NCBI GenBank assembly: GCA_043228905.1
Contig: JBHGNT010000020.1
Span: 2,418,001 to 2,482,000 of the forward strand
Source: Azolla caroliniana
Taxonomy: Eukaryota; Plantae; Polypodiophyta
Length of the DNA stretch: 64,000 nucleotides
Direction of reading: 5' to 3'
Shown: piece by piece, positions 12,901 through 23,992 of the stretch
Numbering within the stretch: the stretch's first letter is position 1
Layout of the letters: each line of letters starts with the position of its first letter
Translations under genes and position numbers: made by a program
Notes under the pieces: generated by a model
Databases searched by the model: none
What the model was told of the DNA's origin: nothing
What the model saw: the letters and a program-made list of their open reading frames with translations, nothing else

Positions 12901-13831
12901 CACTCTACTACCGACTTCATCTCTAACATCGCACGTTGCTCTTGTTGCATCCGTTTGATCATCATCATCATTATGCTCATCGCCTCTTGTTGATTCTCCA
13001 TCTCCTTGCCACCCGCCTTCACGTCGGGTTCACCAACTGTGTCGTGCCTTTCGGCGCCGGGTCGTTGTGAGAGTCGGGTGGGAACCGCTGGGGTTTTGGA
13101 TTAGGAGGAGGAAGAATTTGAGATGAGTTTAGTTATCAATATAAATAGATTATAAGAAAGAGATATAGAAACTTGTGAATCCCACAAGTATAGATTATTA
13201 GATTTATTAATATTTAGAATCCTAATAACAATTTATCATAGATTGGAAGAGATAAATTATATAAAACTTCGTGAATCCCACGATTATATTAATTGGTGTT
13301 TTAGGAAATATATCCAATTTCCCAAATATTTCACACCTATTGCATTGTGCTCCTCATCCTTATATAGTGATGAGAGAGTCTTAATAATCCATGTTTTTTC
13401 TATAGATAGACTCTATGCTTTTTCTAAAGTGTTCATGCACACTAAATGTGCATGAGTTGCTTTTAACACTATGCTTTTATTTCCTAAATATAGTGCTCAT
13501 GCTCGCTAGATGTGCATGAGTAAGATTTTATTGGTTTACATTTTTCTTATAAATAAAGTATTCACGCACTCTAAAAATGCATGGCTTACCTTTTTAATAA
13601 AGGTAGGCGTAAATAAAGGTCTTATAAGTATTAAATCTATATTTAGAACACTAAGGATAAGTTAGTACAATGGTAAGGTTGGGGTTTGTCTACATGGAGG
13701 TATAGGGTTTGAATCTTGCCTTATGCACGTAATAAATGTTTTTTTAATATTTTATTTTATTTATTATATGTACTTTAAATCAGATATAGTATTTTACATA
13801 TTTCACATAGTGTGTGATTCACACTACGACA
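9963..13831 (-). mobile_element. Complete non-autonomous family-P element (Gag-like ORF only, no pol); LTRs 13040-13831 and 9963-10751
   Basis: Two highly similar LTRs, Trp PBS at 13018-13035, PPT at 10752-10763, flanks CCAT/CCAC. The internal 2.3 kb has no RT, RNase H or integrase motifs. Confidence 0.92.
11604..13022 (-). pseudogene. Gag-like ORF with long acidic C-terminal extension, one in-frame stop at about 12642
   Basis: ORFs 12642-13022 and 11604-12638 share a frame. The N-terminus (QRNGQFNGNDVSRYLRDYKAEM) matches family-P Gag. Confidence 0.75.
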
Positions 13832-14013
13832 CCACGATGGGTCGACGCGATGCATAAAGAAATGCAGGCCTTGTGCAAAAATGAAACGTGGGATCTTGTT
13901 CCCCATTCACCTCAGAGGAAAGCAATTGGTTGCAGATGGATCTATAAAGTAAAATACAATGTTGATGGCTCCGGAAATCGCTTCAAAGTACGACTTGTCG
14001 CAAAAGGATACGC

Positions 14014-14771
14014 TGTCGTAGTGTATTTCGTACACTACGTGAAAAAGTAAAAATAATATAACCGATTTAATTACATATAAATAAATAAAATAAGAATATC
14101 AAGATATTTATCACCAATAAATAAAATAAGAATATCAAGATATTTATCACGTGCATAGGGCAAGATTCGAACCTTGTACCTCCACATAGCCAAATCTCAA
14201 CTTTACCATTATGCTACCTTATCTTTAGTATTCTACAAATAGATTTAATAACTATAAGTGCTTTATTTGCGCCTACCTTTATTAAAAGGTAAATCATGCA
14301 TTTTTAGAGTGCGTGAATATTTTATAGAAAAACGCAAGCGACTAAAAAGTGACTCATGCACATCTAGCATGAATGAGCACTATATTTAGCAAATAAAAGC
14401 AAGGATTAGAAAAGCATCACATGCACATTTAGTGTGCATGAACATATTAGAAAAAGCATGTAGCTATGCTTAGTCTCTCCCATCACTATATAAGGATGGG
14501 GAGCACATTGTAGTTTTTGTTGATTATTTTTCTATAATGATCAATCAATCTAAAATATTCGTGGGATTCACGAATTTGCTAAAATAATTCTCTCTTACTA
14601 CCTAAATATTGACTAAATATACTAAACTCGTGGGATTCACGAGATTCTTATCTTATAACTCTTTATACCTAATCTTTACTAGCTTTATTTGTATTTTTCT
14701 TTCTCCTAGTCCAAAACCCCAGTGGTTCCCACCCGACTCACGCAAATGATCCGGAGCCGAAAGGCACGACA
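14014..14771 (+). mobile_element. Family-P solo LTR
   Basis: TGTCGTAGTG...GGCACGACA with perfect 4-bp TSD ACGC/ACGC, inside the copia RT (KGYA|Q). Confidence 0.93.
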
Positions 14772-15292
14772 ACGCTCAAACACACAAAGTTGATTATGAG
14801 GAGACCTTTGCCCCGGTGGCAAAGATGACGATTGTTCGAACAGTCTTAGCTCTCGCAGCCGCAAAAGGGTGTCACCTCGACCAAATGGACATAAAGAATG
14901 CCTTCCTACAATGAGATTTAGAGGAGGTGTACATGATATAACCATCTGGCTTCGAATCGTGTACTCACCCGAAAGTCGTGTGCCGACTCAAGAAGCCAAT
15001 CTACAGCCTTAAGCAAGCACCGCGTGCTTGGCATTCAAAGATCACTCAGTACCTTCATCAAGTTGGCTTTCGAGTGTCGAAATCGGACAACTCCCTATAC
15101 ATCCAAAACGAGTCGAACAACCCAATTGTCATCATCCTATACGTGGATTATCTATTAATCGGAGGAAAGGTTCTCGCCGAGATTAATAAGGTAAAATCAC
15201 TCCTATCCGGCAGATTCGAATTGAAAGATATGCACGAGCTCCATTACTTCCTTGGCATAGAAGTAATTCGAACGCCAATCGAGATGTTAATC

Positions 15293-17798
15293 TCTCTTGC
15301 ACCTCGTCTTGGTGATCCAGTGTTTGATAATCAAAAGCAGGTAATCTTGGGACCAACACGTTTGCACACAACGCGGATTTTTCACACTCCACTAGATTCC
15401 TGGATTATCGATGCCATACATGCTAACCTGAAGACTGATAATTTTGCTCAAGCCATTCTAGCGCACATTGATACCTCTTGGGCATCCTGTTCCTAGTCTC
15501 AACAACCAGGTATGAACTATCGACAATTCAAATATCATGATGATTTATCGTTCTTTAAAAAGCTCGTATATGTTCCTGATTGCTCTTGTCGCCTTCAAAT
15601 CGTCCAAAATTGTCACGACACCCATACAACGGGACATTTTGGTAGTACGAAAACGTTGGATCTAGTTCAACGATCCTTTTGGTGGCCCCATATGCGACGT
15701 TTTATCAATGACTACGTTCGAACCTGTGATGCTTGCTACTGAGCAAAGATGCCACGACATCATCCATATGGCTTGTTGCAACCCTTACCGTTTCCAAGTA
15801 AGCCGTGGCAGTCCATTTGTCTTGATTTTATCACAGATCTGCCAGTCTCGAAGGGTTTCGATGCTATCTTAACCGTTGTTGATCGATATACTAAGATGGC
15901 ACATTTTGTGCTGTGTACTAAGGCCATCACTAGTGAGGAAACCGCCGCCCTTGTCATGTGTGAGGTATTTCGGCACCATGGCCTCCCAGATAGTATAATC
16001 AGTGATCGAGGACCTCAATTCGTCTCCAAATTTTGGAAGCATCTCTTCAAGATGCTCAAGGTCTCGTGTAATCTCTCCTCCAACTACCATCCCCAGACCA
16101 ATGGGCAGGCGGAACGAACAAATCAAACATTGGAACAATACCTCCTGTTACCGGCCGGCAAAGGAGTCCAGAGTGGGAAACGGAGAGCTAATTAAGTAGT
16201 AGGAATGTGGTTGTAATTAAGCTATGAGTGTGGACGGACGGACCGGAAGCGGTATGCCGTTCCGGATCCAGACCGATCCCGAACAGGTGCGGATGGCACC
16301 GTTTTGTAATACAGACCGGAAACCTATTTAAAGGCTCGGATACAATGTAATAGTTAGCGGTTAATTAATGAAAGCTTAAGCGTTGTTATATCTCTGTGTT
16401 AATTGCCGTTCTGTCTTAATTGTTATATCTTACGCGTGTTATGAAGACGATCCTAATAAGTAACTTGATTAAGTCGGATTAAGCGTTGAAGTCTAATCCG
16501 GTTGCCGTAACACCCTTTGGTGAAGTGTCTCCCGTAGACACCCTGTGTTAGGCCATTGTCCGGCCCGAAGAGTTAACACCTCTGGTGTTTTCTGAGTTAT
16601 CAGCAGGACCATTAGGTTGATATTCTCCGCTTTGCGGAGTTTGCTTATAATAACGCTATTCACTCCTCGACTCGGGTCTCCCCATTTTACGCTTATACTG
16701 GTTCTCATCCTTGTTGGTCTATGATTGACACCCCGAAGCCACCTACCAATCCTTGTGTCGAGGATCATTTGGAGAGGCTACGCATGATCCAGATGGATCT
16801 CTCTACTCATCTTCGTCATGCTCAACACACACAGAAGGCTTATGTGGATCGTCATCGGCATCCCTCCTCTTTTGCCATCGGAGATCAAGTATGGCTCTTA
16901 CGTCATCACATCAAGACTACTCGACCATGTGACAAGTTGGATTATCGATGACTCGGTCCTTTCCGTATTACCGGTAAGGTTAATGATGTCACATTCCACC
17001 TTGATCTTCCTCCGCATCTTCAGATACATCCGGTCTTCCATAGTTCTCTTCTTGAACCTTATAAAGCAAACACTATTCCCGATCGTGTTACACCACTGCC
17101 ATCCCCGCTTGAGTTAGACGCCAGCCCGGAGTATGAAGTTGTTGTCGTCCTCGGCTCAAAATTTGTTCGTAACAAACTTTATTATTTGGTCGATTGTCTT
17201 GGCTATAGTCCAAGCGAACGTACTTGGGAACCCATCGAGCATGTCGCCAATGCTCAGGATCTTCTTGCTGATTTCCACCGACAATATCCGGACAAACCCG
17301 GTCCTCCATCAGCGCGACTCGTTACACTCGTCGTCTTAAAGGGGGGATAATGTCATGATATGACAAGACTCGAACCCATGACCTTATGTTATATGGATCG
17401 AGCTCTTGACCATTATACCATCTATTCTAATGCGTAGGATATTATTTTCATTTAAGTTTTATTATAGGAAATTAATGTATATTCCAGATTTCTCTGGAAC
17501 ATTCTAGAAGCTTCAGGACTCCTCCTAAGAACACTATAAAAGGAGGCACAAGGCATTATGTTGAACCAAATTGGTTCAACGCCAGTCTTAAGCCTCATAG
17601 CCATCTTGTACTTACTCTTCATATAATATATCATCTGTTATCATCATCGCTCTCTCTCTCGTCCTCGCTATCTCTCTCTCTCTCTCCTCTTCTCTTTCCT
17701 CTCTTTCAGGAGTCTTACGCAATCCCTTCCTCTTAGTACTAATAGTACTTCCCTTCTCCAATACTAATTCTCTCTCCGTTTTAGTACTATTCCTGATA
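15293..17798 (+). mobile_element. 3' half of a family-T (Tcn1-like chromovirus) element: integrase, chromodomain, PPT, 3' LTR (17351-17798)
   Basis: Motifs PWQSICLDFITDLP, SDRGPQF and YHPQTNGQAER. PPT AAAGGGGGGATAA. LTR homologous to 22339-22761. The 5' end is fused abruptly to copia RT. Confidence 0.9.
16146..16578 (+). mobile_element. Solo LTR related to family C
   Basis: TGTTAC...GTTAACA with 5-bp TSD CCTCC/CCTCT, splitting the integrase at LEQYL|RCF. Shares CCCTTTGGTGAAGTGT...ACACCCTGTGTTAG with 4214-4716. Confidence 0.85.
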
Positions 17799-20700
17799 GT
17801 TTCAGACCATACAAGCTTTTCTTCAGTCGACACACCAGGTTCTCTTTATCTTTCCCCACAAAAACTTTGGGTTGCTGCATGTAGATCTCCTCGTCCAACT
17901 CCCCATGCAAGAATGTTATTTTGACATCCAACTATTCGATATCCAGATCCATAACAGTTCAATGGATATCGTTTTCACAACTGGAGAGAATATTTTATCA
18001 AAGTCAACACCCTTTTTCTATTGGAACCCCTTCACCACAATTCGGGCATTATACCTGGGTGCACTATCGACTTCTCTAGTTTTTACCTTGTAGACCCATT
18101 TATTCATGATTGCGCTTTTACCTTTTGGTAGCTCCATCAAGTTGTAAGTATAATTTTCATGCAAGGAATCCATCTCGTCCTGCATTGCACTTAGCCATTT
18201 CTCTTTGTGCTCATTATTCATGGCCTCATCATAGCACTCAGACTCACCTTCATCAATGAAGAGGATGTATTGATTGGCGTATGTGGTCAATGATCTCCTT
18301 TCTCTTAAAGGGTATCTCCTTCCACTCATTGTCAGCTCAAGGTTAGTCGCTAATCAACCGACTCTTCATTCGGCTCAGGTTCCCGCATGTCGATCGGTTG
18401 CTCAAGGTTAGCCAACTCCGACTCGTATTCCTCGATCAACTTCAGTAGGTCTGCTGAATCCGACTCATATGTATTGGTCGGTTGCTCTAAATCGACCTAC
18501 TCGGATTCGCCTATGCCGACTGGTTGTCTCCCAACAACCGATTGTGTCGGTTCGACTAGTCTTAAGTCAGCGGTAGTGGGAGTTGATTGGGAAATCGATT
18601 CGGACTTCTCTTGTTTCCAGTACTCGATCGTCTTGTCTTCCAAGAAGACTATGTCCTGACTCCTCATTATCTTCTTGTCGACTAAGTTCCACAACCTGTA
18701 GCCAAACTCATCCTTAGAGCACCCCATGAATATGCATGGTTTCAACTTCTTGTCGAGCTTCGAGCTCTGATCCTTTGCCACATGCATATACACCAGACAT
18801 CCAAACACCCTCAAGTGTCGGTAGGAGACTTCCTTTCCTGTCCACACCCTCTATGGGACATCGCCTTTCAATGGCACTGAGGGAGATCTATTGATCATAT
18901 AAACAGTTGTGTACATCGCCTCAACCCAATATGATTTTAGCAGGTTAGCATGCAACAAAATGCTCCTTACTCTTTCCATGATCGTCTGATTCATCCTCTC
19001 GGCAAGCCCGTTCAACTCAGGGGTCTTAGGAATAGTGTATTCAATTCGAATACCTTGGGCCTTGCAATATTCTTTGAACTACGCTCTATATTCACCACCA
19101 TTGTCGGTTCAGACAGCCTTCAACTTCCAACCCAACTCTCGTTCTGCCCTTGCTTGGAACTCCTTGAATACCGACAGTACTTGATCTTTCAACTTTCATA
19201 CGGAAGCCCACAACTTTCAATTGTAGTCATCAATGAAGTTCACAAAGTACGGTCCACCTCGATGTGATGGGGAATTGCGTAGCACACATCTATGTGTACT
19301 AGTTCCAATGCCGCTTCTCTTCTCCTTGGTGGTCTCGTGTGGAATGCAACTCTGTTCTGCTTCCCAACTAGGCAGTCGACACACTTCTCCAGGTGCACTC
19401 CGTTCACCTCCGGGAGAAGTTTCTGATCAGCTATGATGTGCATCCCCTTTTCAGTCATGTGGCCAAGCCTTTAATGTTATAACTCTCCATTCGAGTTGGC
19501 TGCCAGGTTTACTTCTGACTTGCACAACTTGGCTTGCATCATATACAATGTGCCTTGTTTCTGTGCTCGGGCCACTATGAGGTTTCATTTGCAGAACTTC
19601 CGCTTGCCATTACGAAAGCTACCAATATAGCCTTCGTCATCCATTCTTCTAGTCTATATCAGATTGAGCCTGATATCATGTACGTGTCGGACATCCTTCA
19701 GAATCAGCCAACAACCAGTCGACGTTGTCAGATATACATTTCCGACACCAACTATCTTGCATTCCCCATTATCTCCCATCTTCACATAGCCATGATCTAC
19801 GGCTATGTTGTCATGGAGTCGCTCACCTAGAAGTGTATCATTGCGTAGATAGAAGACAACTGAAAGTGAGGAAGGAATCGTTGGGATTTTGGACGAAAGA
19901 GACGAAAGAGTGGAAGTAGATAAATAGTGATCAACAAGATATGACAAGATATGATGTAAAATGATAATTGAGGGAATGTAAGAAATTTATAATTATTTCA
20001 TGGAAGAGTTACAAAATGGTTGCGAGCGTCGTTGAACCGTCAAACTTTGTCTCACAAGGTAGTCGCTCTTCTCTTTCTTGATAGTAGACCATAATCTTCC
20101 CTTCTATCTTTCGATGAGGATAAGACTCAAACCTCCGCCTTTTCGTTGCAAGTTGAGCACCGCCGCCGCCAAGCTAGTTCTTCTCTTGTCTTTTAAAGAT
20201 TGTATATAGCTTTTACCTTCTCTCCCTCTTTCTCTATTATGATATCTCTTACAATATAATTTCACTCAATTTCATACAATAATTCTATTCAATATGATTG
20301 ATTGATTCCTTGATATCCTTGTGCCTACACTCCCTTCTCCTTTTATAGGAATGGGATGGTTTTGCATGTGGGCCATATGTCACACATGGAAAGAGGGCTC
20401 TTGCATGTGTGCTATATGGTGCACATGTAGTACATTAAATGGTTTAGACTATACAATACTACTTCAAATAAAACAACACATTTTGTTTTACATATATAAT
20501 GAGTATTGTCTAAATTGTAGGATTTGAGGTTCATAATGTGGAGGTTGTTGGTTCAAGTCTTCTCTCGCCCATGTAATACAATATATGGTGCACATGTAGT
20601 ACATTATATGTTTTAGGATTTAAACCATACAATATTACTTCAAATAAAACAAGACATAGTTTTATATATACTACAATTATAGGGTAAATGGTAAGATTTC

Positions 20701-21255
20701 AAAGTCATAAGTTGGGGGTTATTGGTTCAAGTCCTCTCTTGTCCATGTAATATAATATATATGTTTTATTTGCCTCTACATATAGTGTATAATATTATCA
20801 TAGTGTGTTTTTAATATACCTTTATAAAAAAATATCAAGATATATTTTATTTTAGTTACATATTTATCTTTTTGTAGACTTTTAATGTGAAGCTTTCGTA
20901 CTTCACAACAACGTAAGTCTAGAAACACTCTCTCGAGGGAGTTATATGAAAGGATGCACCTGAGTCAATTACCCAAGTACACTCTTCACTTACAAGATTT
21001 GTGCTTGCCTGCTCACAAATAAACAAGATCTCCTCTTCACTTGTAGCAATGGATGATGTGCCCTTCTCCTCAGAAATCTTTTTGGGTTCAACATCCTTCG
21101 AGGCATCTTTGTCCTTCCTAAGGTGTCGAAAATCCTTCTGGAAGTGTCCAAGTTTTCCACAGAGTCACCACCAGGTTCTCCCAGTTGTCTGACAGGGTAC
21201 ACAATAGTAGTACGACCTGCATAGCATCATCAAGGGGAAACTTAGCTACCGCAAG
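17799..21255 (-). mobile_element. Decayed Ty1/copia (Tnt1/Tork-like) internal region
   Basis: Protease WVIDSGASFHITP (about 20935-20975), integrase HLRVFGC...KLD, and RT KWVYKVK...ARIVVKGF and LVCRLKKSLYGLK, all on the minus strand. Confidence 0.88.
19809..20910 (-). mobile_element. Solo LTR of a diverged P-related family
   Basis: Ends TGTCATGG...CACAACA look like CpG-decayed TGTCGTG...CACGACA. 4-bp flanks ATGT/ACGT. The copia protease frame resumes across it. TATA (CCTATAAAA, minus) at about 20341-20349. Confidence 0.75.
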
Positions 21256-21498
21256 TGTTGGGAAATAGGTCCCTCTGGATGGGATCTAGATGAGAAGACG
21301 AGCCGAAGGAAGGAATTGGACCGAATGGATCTTGAAGGAGTCCGGTTGGATCCGGTATGAACCAGGAAATAGGAACATACTAGTAAATATGTTCAGACGT
21401 GACTGTGAGGACATATTTGTAAATAGTCCCAAAGTTATATAAGTATAAATATAACTAAGGAAACATTGTTATGTGAGTGATCATCATTATTGTTGTAT

Positions 21499-21529
<31 letters not shown>

Positions 21530-22135
21530 TCTCTATTGTAACTATTGGTAGGCGAAGATAGAGCTCGAGGTCATTGCCTCTGATTCTCCCATTGTACCTT
21601 TCCTCTCATAGTGATAGTTGGAGTCTGTGGGCTCCCGTGGTTTTTATCCCGATCGGGGTTTTCCACATTAACATCTCGTGTCGTCTTATTTCTATTTTTT
21701 GTTTCTTCCATTGTGTGATTGAGACTCGGTTGTGGTCGAACACTATTCCTCACAAATTGTTACCATGGTGAAGTTCTAAAATTCAAACAAAGAAAGAGCA
21801 TGGAAGATCCATTCGGCGGCATGTTCAAGCTCACCGGCTCCAACTACTCAATGTGGAAATCGAAGATGAGGGATATGCTAGTGGTTAAAAATCTCTGGTT
21901 GCCGATATAGTTCGGGAACAAAAGACCAGACTAGATTGATGCATCAACATGGGAGGTAATGCATATGAAGACGACGGCCTACATTCGATGCTTCATTGAC
22001 ATGAGCTTGTACAACAACTTCAATGAAGAGAGTAGGGCTCATGAACTCTAGGAGAAGATTGGCATCATGTTTGAGAACAAGAATGTCGTAAATCGAGTCT
22101 CGGTCTTCCGGAAGTTAGTGAGACTCATATATCAA
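21256..22135 (+). mobile_element. 5' LTR and truncated gag of a Tnt1/Tork-like copia
   Basis: TGTTGGGAAA start shared with 32204. gag MEDPFGGMFKLTGSNYSMWKSKMRDML from 21800, then stops. LTR 3' boundary uncertain (about 21742-21753). Confidence 0.7.
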
Positions 22136-22834
22136 AACTTTTTGGCACCTATTTTGCCAAATAAAGACTTACGATGAGGATCGCTCCTACAATAACTGCA
22201 CCATAAAAGACCAGTTTTCAAATCCTCTTGAAGCCACTTAAATTTAGTAAGTCAATCTTCTTGAAATTTTAGTTTGGCCTTACTAACTCTATTCATCTCA
22301 TGAAGTAACTCTTGAGAGTGTTTATGGTCCTTTATAGGTGTCATGATATAGCAAGACTCTAACCCATGACCTTATGGTATATGGGTCGAGCTCTTAACCA
22401 TCACACCATCTATTGTAATTCAAAGGATATTATTTTCATTTATGTTTTATTATAAGAAAGTAATGTATATTCCAGATTTCTCTGGAACATTCTAGAAGTT
22501 TCAGGATTACTCCTGACAACACTATAAAAGAAGGCACTAGGCATTATGTTGAACCAAATTGGTTCAACGCTAGTCTTAAGCCTCTCAGCCGCTTTGTACT
22601 TATCTTTTCACATAATATATTAGCTGTTGTCATCATTTTTCTCTCTCTCTCCTCTTCTCACTTCCTCTCTCGGGAATCTTACGCAGTCCCGTCCTCTTAG
22701 TACTAATAGTACTGCTCTTCTTAGTACTAATTCCATCTCTGCTTTAGTACTATTCCTGACAGTTTGAACCAATTTTTCCTTTCCTCCAGCCTACTTGTCG
22801 TTCTCCCTCATCCTCCTACCCTTTTCCCTATACT

Positions 22835-23992
22835 ATGGCTACTGTTAGCACCCAAGAATATCAATCCGTTTTCTCCGAGTTACAGTGCCTAAAAGAAAAG
22901 TTTGTTGCCCTGGAACAAGAAAACCAACGGTTGATAGGGGATCTGCAACAAATCGCTCTCGAAAAACAACAAACGCAACAACAACATGGGGAGTTAGCAT
23001 TACAGGTACAACAATTCGAAGCAGCGTTGCAACAACAAGGATCAAGTCCCCAAGGATTTCATAAAGAGCCCAAGATTGGACTTCCTATGAAATTTGATGG
23101 AACATGATCGCAATTCCGGGGATTCCTTAATCAGGTACACTTAGTCATCCAGATGCATCCTTCCCGATATCCCACTGATGCATCTCGAGTCGGCCTAATA
23201 GGCACGTTACTTAGCAGCTCAGCCTTGGCATGGTTCGCTCCGCTTCTAGAAAAACAATCCCCCTTGCTTAATAACTTTGAAGATTTTATTGGTGAGTTTA
23301 AAGCCTGCTTTGGAGATACCGACAGCATCAGGACGGCGATCAACAAGATCCGAAGATTGCGTCAAGGCGATCGTCCAGCCTCTGCCTACGCGGCGGATTT
23401 CCGTCTACTCGCCTCAGATATTCCCTGGGATGATCAGGCCTTCATGGAGCAGTTTTGCTACGGCTTGCGCAATGATGTCAAAGATCTGCTTTTAACCTTC
23501 CCCGAAGAACCAAAGTCTCTTACGGAGGCAATCAGTCGAGCGGTCTGATGTGACAACCACCTTTTCGAATGGCGTTCGGAGCGTCAGTTACAAATACCAC
23601 GCTCTCGGTCGGAACCCACATACGCCTCAGTCACGGCTAAACCGTTTGCACGCGATGTACCTCAAGCCAATATTCCGACACCGATGGAGATCGACACCAT
23701 GCGTCGACGCGGCCCGTTATCGGAAGAAGAAAAGCAACGACGACGTGCCAATCGATTATGCCTTTATGGCGGTGGACCAGGGCATATCGCCATCAATTGT
23801 CCCCATAGGCCAAGAAGACAGGTAAATCAAATCGTCGCCTGTACTAAACCCGAGTCAATTCTTCCCTTCGGAGTGTCTGATAGTATTAATAGTACTAATA
23901 GAGTGTCAGATAGTATTCATAGTACTAATAGCCCAAGTATCTCAAACAAATTTGAAATCCTTAGTCAATTAGATGAAGAGTTAAACAATTGA
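22835..23992 (+). pseudogene. gag of family-T element, with in-frame stops
   Basis: EPKIGLPMKFDG, LRQGDRPASAYAADF, PMEID and a degenerate zinc knuckle CLYGGGPGHIAINC. TGA stops at about 23105 and 23546. Confidence 0.88.

Larger units (their letters stand above)
7657..15292 (+). mobile_element. Decayed Ty1/copia element (gag-integrase-RT) interrupted by two family-P insertions
   Basis: gag MGSALPTEKLD at 7732. Integrase motifs VHSDVWGP, LRSDGG and KLDPKSEKC. RT motifs KAIGCRWIYKVK, RLVAKGY and ILYVD. Many stops and frameshifts; the reading frame resumes across both insertions. Confidence 0.9.

Noticed and set aside
20678-20746. Functional tRNA-Met gene
   Set aside because: Acceptor and T stems do not pair properly and the sequence lies inside an LTR; reported as a tRNA-like cassette instead.
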